Source: Selaginella moellendorffii (taxonomy: Eukaryota; Plantae; Lycopodiophyta). Taken from it: 64,000 bases of DNA. Numbering within the stretch: position 1 is the stretch's first letter; each line of letters starts with the position of its first letter. The stretch spans positions 1,687,185 to 1,751,184 of the forward strand of contig NW_003314277.1 in the NCBI RefSeq assembly GCF_000143415.4, read 5' to 3'. The notes beneath the pieces were generated by a model. It saw only the letters and a list, made by a program, of their open reading frames with translations. It searched no databases and was not told the DNA's origin. The translations under genes were made by a program, and so were the position numbers. Of the stretch, positions 11,787-23,867 are shown piece by piece.

Positions 11787-12885
11787 TGTAAGAGACTAAT
11801 TTTTCCATTTTACTTTAGTCACTTAACTGCACCTCTGACCACTTGGAGGAGTCTCATTCACAACCTCCATAAGTCCCAGTTAGGACTTGGGGCTTGCTAG
11901 CCCCGAGAATGGCATCCATGCCACTCCACCTTTCCACTTGGTCCAAGTGCTCCACGTGTCCGATCCCATGACCGGCACCCCAAGGTACCACCAACATATC
12001 GGCCCGTTACGCTAAGGCCATGCCCATTTACCTTGGTCACACCGGTGGTCTAACGCCACCTGCATCATAGTCCCGTCCCTCAAAGACTTAGCCATCCGTC
12101 TGTGAGTGATCATCCCAAATCTACTCCTTAGCATCCTTAGGATGCCCACAGACATGGGGAATAGCCTTCCCTGACAACTCTTTTATAGTCCCCACCAAGT
12201 CCCTTTTTGTCCATGGCCGTGTTTGCCAACACTGCCACTAGATCAAGGCTTGCAGGCCCGACCTCTAAGTCCCACTAGCTTTTGGGACTTCCTCGCCATG
12301 TGACCGTATCCTTGGTCACTGCACTAGAGGATTGCTCCTCTTCCCTTTCACCATTTGGGACTTTGGGACAACATTTTGGAACACCATGGCCTTACGCAAG
12401 CCTCATGGGTACTCTCCCTGCCTTTCGCCTTTAGGTGCTCTAGCCATGGGCTTAGAGCGAGGTTCTGTTGAGCCACACTAGGTATCCAAGTAGGTAGTGC
12501 CACCCACATTTGGACTGGGAGCATCGGCCAGTCGATCTCCCAGGGGAACTAGAGCCGGCTCTTGAACACTTCACCAAACTACCCCGATTGTCGGTCCGTG
12601 TTCACTCTAGTCATGGACTTCCCAGTGGTTATCCCATCACCCAACACTGGGTACAGCCTTCCTAGGCCAAACTGGCTCCACTGCAGTCCTCCCCCTACTA
12701 TACTTTTGGAGCTCACGGGAGCTCAGGGTCTGGGAGACGAACGCTTTGGGCTTTCACCCTCTTAGACTCAAACTCGGACTCGGACTCGGACTCGGACTCG
12801 GACTCGGACTTGGACTCGGACTCAGACTCGGACTTGGACTCGGACTCGATCTCGGCCTCGGCCTCGGTCTCGGTCTCGGTCCCGA

Positions 12886-12917
<32 letters not shown>

Positions 12918-13445
12918 CCGGTCTCGGTCCCGGTCGCAGTCTCAGTCTCGACTTTGGACTCCATCTCGGGTCCATCTCGGGTCCATCTCGGACTCCATCT
13001 CGGACTTCATCTCGGGTCCATCTCGGACTCCATCTCGGGTCCATCTCGGACTCCATCTCAGACTCCACCTCGGGTCCATCTCGGGTCCACCTCGGACTCC
13101 ATCTCGGACTCCATCTCGGGTCCATCTCGGACTCCATCTCGGGTCCATCTCGGACTCCACCTCGGACTCCGTCTTGGACTCCACTTCGGACCTTAACTCG
13201 GGTCCATCTCGGACACTTCCACGTGTCATGTGTTAGTCCTTTTGGGTCCCTTTTTGGAGCCTTGCTTATTGCTCGCTTCGTGCTCGTTCCTCGAGCACTT
13301 TGTTGGGAGTTCCACTCCCGCTCTTGACCTTTCAAGTTGAAGCTTTTAGTCCAAAAGTGTTATGCTCATTTGGTTTTCACTTCGGCCACCACCACATGGC
13401 ACCATTCCGGCTCTACTTTGGGGCCTAGGGATTTTGTGTCTCACA
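11787..13445 (-). repeat. LTR-1 family solo LTR, copy B
   Basis: TGTAAG...TCACA termini with a perfect 5-bp TSD TGGAG (11782-11786 / 13446-13450). Orientation is taken from the PPT seen next to copies D and E. Confidence 0.92.
12765..13212. repeat. Tandem array inside LTR-1: (GGACTC)n, (GGTCTC)n, then 11-12-mer GG(G/AC)TCCATCTC units
   Basis: Directly visible. Equivalent arrays occur at ~9945-10120, ~15585-16128, ~19660-19882, ~21105-21570 and ~24570-24847. Confidence 0.95.
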
Positions 13446-16130
13446 TGGAGATTGGCCACTTAAGAATGGTTATACAAATCTTCCAGAAGTACCTTTGGGG
13501 ACCGAAAGAGATTTCCAAACATAGACTCCAATTCACCAGAGATCAGTTTCAATAATGTTGACTTCCCAAACAACTGAAATATCAAACATTAAAGCCCAAT
13601 GTTACCAGCAGTATAACATTACTAAGCTAGGCAACTGTTCAAGTTTGAGGCCAAAAGTTTAGGTTTCTAAACAAGACTGAGCGCCTTGGATATCCAAATG
13701 ATGCATCACAAGTCATAGATTATAATATACATACATATATGCTAGAAAAAAATAGAAAATATACCTAAAATCCCTTATGAATTCAAATGCTAAAAGCTGG
13801 AGCACACACAGTTTGGTCAAACTTTTAGTGAAACTTTACATATCCCACTTTTACTATTTTATTTGGACACTTTACGATCAAGGGTTGAGCCCTATTTGAT
13901 AGTGTGAAAATGGAGTGTTGTTGAGTATGCTACCATAAAAAAATAAACACATTATATTGCTACTAGTGTGAGTGTATGGAATATAGAAATGTGCATATCA
14001 ATTACCCCAAAAACCCTAGTTTATATACATGAGTGAATGGTTAAGATTGAAACTAATTTAATAGCTATCAAAATCCCACTATGCTAATATTAATTTACAA
14101 CATTATAGTTGTACATTTGGACCTCACATCATCCCCTCCTCTCGAAATGATGGAAGATAGTCAAAGTGTTGTAGTGGATGCGCCGGGATTTAAAGGAATA
14201 TCAGAAGGAGGTATTGGTGGATTTGTAATTGGTACCAATTATTCTTGATCCCTTTGTATGAAGTGTTTTAGCCACTATATATGCATAATTTTTTATTGGA
14301 TATCATGCTAAATATAGTGCATATGATCATGGGATGAAATTTGGATATACTGTCACCGTGGATCCTTGGAATCTTGGGGGATAAATGATATACTAGGAGG
14401 GCTTAAGAAAGTTTATAAATTATAAATATATTTATAAATTATAAATACAAGATTAATCTAAATAAATAACAACCATTAGATGGTAAAGTATCCTAGAATG
14501 TCTAAACATATTCTTTTTATATCCACTATCTTTCTATAGGTTTGTGTAAGTGATTAAATTTTCCATTCTACTTTAGTTACTTAACTACACTTCCACCCAT
14601 TTGGAAGAGTCTCATTCACAACCTCCATAAGTCCTATTCTAAACTTGGGGTTTGTTAGCCTTGAGAATGGTATCTGTGCCACTCAACTTTTGCACTTGGT
14701 CGAAGTGCTCCACATGTCCGATACCATGATCGACACTCCAAGGTACCACCAACATATCAGCTTGTTACACTAAAGCCATGCCCATTCACCTTGGTCATAC
14801 CAATGGTCCAACACCACTTACATCACAATCCCGTTTCTCAAATATTAGGCCATCCGTCCATGAGTGATCCTCCTAGAGCCACTCCTTAGCATCTTTAGAA
14901 TGCTCACAGATATGGGGAACAACCTTCCCTAATATCCCTTTTTACAATTTCCACCAAGTCCTTTTTCTGTCCATGGCCGTGTTCGCCAACACTGCCACTA
15001 GGACAAGGCCCACAGGCCCACCTACTAAGTCCCAGTGTCCTCAGGGATTTCCTCACTACATGACTGTATCCTTAGTCACTACTCTAGAGGATTACTCCTC
15101 TTCTTTTCCACAGTCTGGGATTTTAAGACAACATTTCAGAACACTGTGGCCTTACACGAGCATCATGGGTACTCTCCCCATCTTCCACCTTTGGATGCCC
15201 TAACTATAGGCTTAGAGCGAGGTTCCATTGAGCCACACTAGGTATCCAAGTAGGTAGTGCCACCCATGCTTCGATTGGGAGTATCGACTATTCGATCTCC
15301 CGGGGGAACTAGAGCTGGCTCTTGGACACTTCATCAAGCTACCCCGCTTGTCTATCCATATTCACTTTAGCTTTGGACTCTTTAGTGGATATATTATCAC
15401 CTAGCACACGGGCATAGCCTTTTTGGGTCACACTAGCTTTTCTGGGTCACACTAGTTTTTCTTGGCCAAACTAGCTCCATTGGGGTCCAACCCCACACTC
15501 ACCCTACTATACTTTTAGAACCCTTTACACTCCCCCGGGGACAATCACTTTTGGCTTTCACCCAACAACCTGTATTAGTATTCGAACTCGGACTCAGACT
15601 CAATCTTTGTTTTGGTCTTGGTCTCAGTCTTGGTCTCGGTCTCAGTCTCGGTTCCATCTCGAACTCCATCTTGAACTCCATCTCGAACTCCATCTCAGGT
15701 CTATCTCAGACTCCATCTTGGACTCCGTCTTGGACTCCATCTCAGACTCATACTTAGATTCGGATTCGGTCTCAGTATCGGTCTCGGTCACGGTCTCGGT
15801 CTCGGTCTCAGTCTCAGTCTCGGTCTCGGTCTCGATCTCGGTCTCCATTCCATCTCGAACTCCATCTCGGACTCCATCTCGGACTCCATCTCGGGTCCAT
15901 CTCAGACTCCATCTTGGACTCCATCTCGGATCTATCTTCGACTCCATCTCGGGTCCATCTCGGACTCCATCTCAGGTCCATCTCAAACTCCATCTTGAAC
16001 TCCATCTCAGACTCCATCTTGGGTCCATCTCGGACTCCATCTCGGGTCCATCTCAAACTCCATCTTGGGTCCATTTTGGATTCCATCTCGGACTCCATCT
16101 CGGGTCCATCTCAGGTCCATCTCGGACTAT

Positions 16131-17281
16131 TGTAAGCCACAATTTTTTCCTTTCCAATTTTCCAGCTTACCTCGTCTATCTGTCTGACACTGCCTTGGCT
16201 TTTGCTAAGTTCCCTCGCCAAGGTTTTCGCCTATGGTACCAACTCTTACTTGGTCCTACTTGGTTTCAGCTACTCACTGCACGAGCAACGGAGCGTTAGC
16301 CATCCATCCACGGATTCCCAATCTCTCCCAATCCCCCTTCCTGGGTTAGACTGGACTTAAGGTTCGGCTACACTCCCTGCAAGCACAAGCAGCCAAGCAC
16401 ACCAAACTTCCAGGTTCCCAACATCCTTTGGTACCACAAGACTTGATCATGGGACCCCCTAAATCCCAAGTCTTGAGTGCAACACTTGCTTCGGGACGCC
16501 GGGGCAAAACACCGTGGCCTAGCGGCCTGGTATGGGTACCTCTACCCCCCCGTTTCCATCCTGAAGGAAGGCCCAAGCCCCTAGGAAGGGCGAGGACCAA
16601 TGAGCCGCATGGTACTCAAGTGGGGCACCATTCCACATGAGTCAGGAGCACCGCAATCAATTTCCCTTTCGGGAGTGGGAGCTGCTCTTGAGCACTTCCT
16701 TGGATGGCCCCTCCAGCACCAACCAAGTCCATACTCACTCCCACCTAAAGCCCCTCGGTCCCAGTCTCAACCTCAAGTCGGTTTGGAAGCCCCACTGAAG
16801 AGTCCCTTCAAAACTGGTTCCTGGACCTCACTATCCCTACTATACTTTTGGAACCCCCTGCAGCCCCCCCCCCCCCCCCCCGGGAGATGCACGCTTTGGG
16901 CTTTCACCCCTTGACCCGTATTAGTATTTGGACTTAGTCTTTGGCTCGATCTTGGACTCGATTTCGGATCCGACTTCGGATTCGGTCTCGGACTCGATCT
17001 CGGACTCGATCTCGAACCCGATCTCGGACCCGACCTCGGACTTGACCTCGGACTCGGTCTCGGACCCGATTTTGGATCTCGGACTCTGTCTCGAACTCGG
17101 TCTCGAACTCGGTCCCCGAGTCAGCCTCGGACTCGATTCCGGACTCTATCTCGAACTCGGTCTCAGAGTCAGTCTTGGACTCGATCTTCGACTTGGTCCC
17201 ATCCGATGAACTCTTTGTCATTTTGGTCATACTTTCGGGGTTCCTTTAGCCTATGACACCTCGGCAAGTTGGTTCCTTACA
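16131..17281 (-). repeat. LTR-2 family solo LTR
   Basis: Reverse complement of 35934-37050, with TG...CA termini and a perfect TSD ACTAT (16126-16130 / 17282-17286). Confidence 0.92.
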
Positions 17282-19439
17282 ACTATCTATGGGTGGTAGA
17301 GTTGTGAGACACAAATCCCAAAGCCCCAAAAGTAGAGTCCGAAATAGAGTCCAAGATGGACCTAAGATGGAGTCTGAGATGGAAAGTTTGATGTCCTCAT
17401 CGAATGATAAACTATTTTATACAGTAACACCAACCTATATTACCCTTTCCATCCTTGGCTCCTAGCCAATATTCATCAATGGTTTGACTGAAGGCTCGCC
17501 ATGCCTTATCCATCCTCTAATGAGCATAGTCTCTTCAACTTAAAGACTCATTAGACCACTTATGGTAGTCCTTCCCCCTTTTGTTTGTTTAATTCATGCT
17601 AAACACATTAGAGACAATATCTCTATTTCAATTTGACTACTCATTCAAGAGTATCCTCGGCCTCTACTAGCATAACCATTGCACTTTGAAACTTTTAATT
17701 TTAACATCTCAAAGTCAATTTCCTAGGTGTCTCTGACACTTGGCATTGCACATGTTGTGCAAACTCCACTTCCCCATTCTAGGAAGTTATTTACTTGAGG
17801 GCAACATCACCTTTTCTATTATTTCGTGCCACTCTAGGCATAAATTTCATTTTTCCATAATTTGTGCTAAGGTTGTTCACAGCCCTATCATTTGGCCATC
17901 TTGCCACTCCCTGCTTTGGAGCTTTCACTTTGCCAAATTAAAGCATTTTAGGAATCCATCCTTGGAAATATATTCCTTTTCCACAATCTGTTAACACCAA
18001 ACATATGAGTGTTCCTCACTTAACTTTTTCATTTGGATTCATGCTAATGATTTTCATGGCCTATTCTTGGCCCTAGTCTTTTGCTCTTATCCTTTGATTG
18101 TTACATTAAGCAACATAGGATCATTACATTTATCCTTGAGGTATCCTTTTGGTTCCATAGCAAAGGCTCTGCTTTGCCAAGTCCAGAAGGTGTTCACCCC
18201 TAGTAAGTCTTTTTAGCATTTTCTGTTATGGGCTTTATGCATGGCCCAACCTAGCGACGTACCCATAAGTCTCTTTCGTAGACTTGCAATACCATTGCAT
18301 TATCGTAGTTCATTTCCCTTATGTGTTTTTCTCACTTGGTCACTTTGACCAAGCCATACTATTATCAATAGTTCAAATCAAGACTTTGAACTAAGAACTT
18401 TATTCTTTAACCTCACAAGGACTTTGTCCTTGTTTTAGCCATAAGACCACTTAGTGATCTAACTTTGACACCTTAACATATTTGCTAATTGGTACTAGGC
18501 TTTCTAAACCTTTAACTTGTTGACCATGACCCCAGGGGCATCCCCCACACTTGGTGGTGCACCCAAGCCAACATTTCTAGCCAAGGGTCCATAGCAATTG
18601 AGACTAGGTGTCCCCATCTCATTCACCACCTTCTTGGTGCCACTTGCACCAAGTGTTTAAGTTAGATATGTTGAGATTTCACACTAAGCAATTTAATCAT
18701 GCATCACGACTTCAAGGCATCCCCTGCTTGACGGTGTGCCTAAGCCAATCTCCTTATTGAGAGTCCATGACCACTGAAAAATGAGTGTTCTCATATTCCA
18801 AACCATCACCACGCTCTAGTGAGTTGGGATTCTAACCCAAACACTAAAGGGTTGAGACTCGAACCTAACCTCTATATATGCATCTACAGATGGCATCATC
18901 CAGGATGCTTAGCATGCCTCCCCAAGCTACTGCACCAACTTATACTTAAAGCATGCTACGAATCACAATTTAGGAATCTAGTTCCTCCAAACTGCCAAGT
19001 CCTCTCACTTGACAAGTTTGTGATCCTGCATAGACTCCTCCATGCTTGGCCCCATAGGTTGCCCCTTTTGAAGTCAACAACTTCAACTGGGGTCTTTGTT
19101 CCCTTAACTTACCAATCTCGCTTAGCATGTCACTTAATTAGTGTAACATGGTTTTCTACATAAGCATGAAAGTCTTTAACCATCGACTTTTGTTAAAAGC
19201 CATCTCTTTGAACACTTGGGAATTACTTCCCCAGCTTTGATAGCCTCGCCTCATGTTAAACTTCAAAACCACACTTCTACGATGCTATTTTGATTTTGTG
19301 CGCTTTATGAACCATTTACACTTATCTTTCTATGTACTAATTTACCTAGAATTGTCTTTGGGAATCTTAAAGGGACTCTGTCCCTTATTTTACTAAGGCA
19401 TTTCCTTTCGCAAGCTTTCAAAGTGCCTTATGGTCTAAC

Positions 19440-22400
19440 TGTGAAACACAAATCCCTAAGCCCCAAAGTGGAGCTGAAAGGGTGTAGTGGCTGAAGTGAA
19501 AGCCAAATGAGTGTAATACGTTTGGACTAAAAACTCCGACTTGAAGAGTCGAGAGCGGGAGTGGAACTCCTATCTGAGTGCTCAAGGAACGAGCATGAAG
19601 CAAGCAATAAGAGAGTCTTTAGAAAAGGGACATAAGAGGACCATTACATGACACGTGGTGGAGTTCAAGATGGAGTCCTAGATGGACCAAGATGGAGTTT
19701 GAGATGGAGTCCGAGATGGACCCGAGATGGAGTCTAAGATGGACCTGAGATGGAGTCCAAGATGGATATGAGATGGAGTCCGAGATGGACCGAGATGGAG
19801 TCCGAGATGGACCGAGATGGAGTCTGAGATAGACCCAAGATGGAGCCGTCCGAGATGGAGCCCGAGATGGAGTCCGAGATGGCCCGAGTGGGAAAAACAC
19901 CTAAGGGAAACGAATTATGTTAATGCGATGGTATAATGAGTCCGAAGAAAGTAGTATCTATAAGAGACCCATGGGAGGGTCATAAAGTTGGGCCGTGGAT
20001 AGAGCCCACAGTAGAAAATGGTTAAGAGACGTATTAAGGATGAACACCCTTTGGACTTGACAAAACAAAGTTTTTGTTATGGAACCAAAAGGATACCTCG
20101 AAAATAGAGGTAGTGATCCTATATTGTTAAGTGCAACAATCAAGGATAGGAGCAAAAGATTAGTGGCTAAGACAAGAGCCATGGGAATTATGGGAAAGAA
20201 TCCAAATGACAAAGTTAAGCAAAAAACACTAATGTATTGGGTGCTAATGGATTATGGGAAAGGCAATGTGTTTCCAAGGATGGATTCCCAATTTCTCCGA
20301 TTTGGCGAAGGTGGAAGCTCTAAGGGAGGGAGCGGTAAAGTAGCCAAATGATAGGGCCATGGACAACCCTAGCACAAATTATAATAACTGGAACTTAGTG
20401 CCAAGGGTGGCACGATATCGAAGAGAGGATGATGGTGCCCTTAAGTAGAGAACTTCTTAGGATGGGGAAGTGGAGTTGCATAATATATGCAATGCAAAGT
20501 GTTAGAGACACTTAGGAAATCGACTATGAGAAGTTCAAATTAAAAGTTCCAAAGTGCAAAGATTATATCAATGGAAACTAAGACTACTCGAGAATGAGTA
20601 GTGGGATTAAGATAGAGAAGGTGTCTCTATCAGGTTTAATGAGAAGTAAACCAATAAAAGGAGAGAACCACCATAAGTGGTCGAATGAGTCTCTAAGTTG
20701 GAGAAACTATGCTTCTTAGAGGATGGGCAAGGCATGGTGAGCCTTCGGTGTCAAACCATTGACAAATATTGGTGAGGTGCCAAGGATGGAAAACGTAATA
20801 TATGTTGGTATTACTTTATAAAATAGTTTATCGTTCGATGAGGACATCGAACTTCGTCTATCAGTGGTGGAGTTGTGAGACACAAATCCCTAAGCCCCAA
20901 AGTGGAGCCAAAAGGGTGCCACGTGGTAGTGGCCAAAGTGAAAGCCAAATGAACATAATATGTTTGGACTAAAAGCTCTGACTTGAAGAGTCAAGAGCAG
21001 GAGTGGAACTCCTATCGAAGTGCTCAAGGAACGAGCATGAAGCAAGCAATAAGAGAGTCTCTAGAAAAGGGACACAAAAGGACCATCACATGATATGTGG
21101 TGGAGTCTGAGATGGAGTCCGAGATGGACCGAGATGGAGTTCGAGATGGAGTTCTAGATGGACTGAGATGGAGTTCGAGATGGACCCAAGATGGAGTCTG
21201 AGATGGAGTTTGAGATGGACCTAAGATGGAGTTCGAGATGGACTTGAGATGGAGTCCGAGATGGACCGAGATGGAGTCCAAGATGGACTTGAGATGGAGC
21301 CCGAGATGGAGTCTGAGATGGACCTGAGATGGAGTCCGAGATGGACCCGAGATGGAGTCCAAGATGGAGTCCGAGATGGACCAAGACGGAGTCCGAGATG
21401 GAGTTTGAGATGGACCAAGAAGGACCCGAGATGGAGTCCAAGGTCGAGACTGAGACCGAGACCGGAACCAAGACTGGAACCGAGATCGAGACTGAGATCA
21501 GGGCCGAGGCCGAGGCTGAGACGAGCTCGAGCTCAAGCCCAAGCCCAAGTCCAAGTCCAAGTCCAAGTCCGAGAGTGAAAGCCCAAAGCATTTGTCTCCC
21601 AGACCTTGGGGGTTTTAGTGAGCTCTAAAAGTATAATAAGGGGAGAACTCCAATAGAGCCAGTTTGGCTAGGAAAGGCCAGTTTGGCCCAGGAAGGCTAT
21701 GCCCAGGTGTTGGGTGATAGGATAACCACTGGGAAGTCCAAGGCTATAGTGAATACGGATTGACAAGTGGGGTAGCTTGGTGAAGTGTTCAAGAGCCAGC
21801 TCTAGTTCCCTTGGGAGATCGAATGGCCGATGCTCCCAGTCCAAATGTGGGTGGCACTACCTACTTGGATACCTGGCGTGGCTCAACGGAACCTCACTCT
21901 AAGCCCATGGCTAGAGCACCAAAAGGCAGAAGGTGGGGAGAGTACCCATGAGGCTCGCATAAGGCTACGGTGTTCTAAAATGTTGTCCCAAAATCCCAAA
22001 TGGTGAAAAGGAAGAGGAGCCATCCTCTAGTGCTGTGACTAAGGATACGGTCACATGGTGAGGAAGTCCTAAAAGACAATGGGACTTAGAGGTTGGGCCT
22101 GCGGGCCTTGTTCCAGTGGTAGTGTTGGCAAACACATCCATGGACAGAACAGGATTTGGTGGGGATTGAAAAAGGGATATGTTGTTCCCCATATTTGCAA
22201 ACATCCTAAGGATGCTAAAGCATGGATCTAGGATGACCACTCATGGAAGTATGGCCTAATCTTTGAGAAATGGGACTACGATGCAGGTGGTGTTAGACCA
22301 CCAGTTTGACCAAGGTGAATGGGCATGGATTTAGCATAACGGGCTGGTATGTCGGTGGTACTTTGGAGTGTCGGTCATGGGATCGGACATGTGAAGTACT

Positions 22401-22558
22401 TGGACCAAGTGCAAGGGTTGAGTGGCATAGATGCTATTCTTAGGGTTAGCATGCCCAAGTCCTGAATTGGACTTATGGAGCTTGTGAATGAGACTCCTCA
22501 AAGTGGTCTGAGGTATGGTTAAGTGACTAAAGTAGAATGGAAAAATTAGTCGTTTACA
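19440..22558 (+). mobile_element. Internally deleted LTR-1 family element D (partial 5' LTR, 3' internal region, PPT, full 3' LTR at 20874-22558)
   Basis: TGTGAAACAC at 19440 and TGTGAGACAC at 20874 after the PPT-like GTGGTGGAG. Ends TTACA at 22558 with a perfect TSD CTAAC. Host sequence resumes collinearly after it. Confidence 0.88.
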
Positions 22559-23867
22559 CTAACATGGACAATTTCATACTTTAGACTCTCAATGGCATCC
22601 TGGTTGCTAATAATAATATTTTTTAACATCCATTCAATTCTCCACTCCCAATTTGCATAATCACCCTTGCTTTCAATTCTTATAGTTCAATTCTATCCCT
22701 TTACTACTTGTTTTTTAGCCTTATGCCTTCCCTTTAGTTATTCTCCTCCTGTCTAGGAGGGTAATCTTGCACTTTCTACCATGATTTAGCAAGTATTTTT
22801 AGGGATGAATTTACTCAATAACTTAAGGAGTGGATTTTTAATTTGGATATGCTTACTATGTAATCCCACACACTAGGATTAATGTCGCTATGCATGGGCC
22901 TTTTTATGCCCATTGCTAGCCATGCCAAAATCCCTTTTGGCTTGGTCCAATTCAGATAGACGAACTTCTCTTGTCTTCACATTGGATAACACCTTCTATC
23001 TATTATTCACTAATAACTTAGTCCTTTATGCCTTATCTAATACCCTCATGATACTAAACACCACTTTTTGGTGTTTTAGAGTGTTGAAGTGTCCCAATGA
23101 TGGCCTTCTTTGATAATGAGTATTTCCTTTTTCAACACTAACTTATTATATTGCAACATAAGCAATTTATCCCCCGGAGGGATATATTTAACTTCTTTAT
23201 CCAAACAAAAGTCTTAGGTAATTAATTTCTACCAGTCCAATCAATTAGGTTGCACCTTTTGCTTAGTTGTCTCATAGTTGTCAAGTCCTATAACTCATTG
23301 CTAGTGCTTCCACATCTCCATCATTATTTGGGTCACCACACTCTTAGCTTAGGCTATGCCATTTCCATTTCCATTAGGATTTCTTTTGGCAAAGGGTTTT
23401 CATGAACCAACTAACTTGACTTCAAGGCATCACACCTTGGCACATTTGGTGTCTTCACACCATCAGCTCTACAAGCTTATCTTTACAACACTTTTCACTT
23501 GTGTTTAGATCTTTGCCAAGACTAAAGTAATCGTTTCTCATGCCAACTATCAGTTAACACTGCACTATAGTGTTCACATACAACTCTGCACCAAAGTTGT
23601 TTTCTTCTAGGAACACCTTTCCCATAACTTTAGTATGGGACATTTTGCCATCAATGAGATACCCACTATTTTCATATTTGGATCTTATGATCTTCTTTGT
23701 CCTTTGTAGAGTATGACACACCTTAGTCCAAATGTTTCCACTACATCTTTAAGACCATTCTTTGACTCCACTTAAGTCATCTAACTTTTTGGACTTTGCT
23801 CATTTGACCACCCTTAAAGTCTTAGCCTCCTGGCTATCTTTGAGATGTCAATTCACTAGAATACATT

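Larger units (their letters stand above)
14545..23867 (-). mobile_element. LTR-1 family element C: 3' LTR plus non-coding internal region, carrying two nested insertions
   Basis: The LTR starts at 14545. Internal sequence 17384-19434 and 22564-~22830 is collinear with 25095-27577. The right end is cut by copy E. Confidence 0.8.

Noticed and set aside
12960-13212. Regularly repeated units resembling a CRISPR array
   Set aside because: No unique spacers, units of only 6-12 bp, eukaryotic LTR context and no cas genes.
12713-13335. Low-complexity ORFs (LGLGLG, SPSPSP, ETETET, MESEMD) here and at ~15500-16300, ~21000-21630, ~24460-25060 and ~36000-36530
   Set aside because: They are translations of stop-poor tandem arrays inside LTRs and are open in several frames on both strands.
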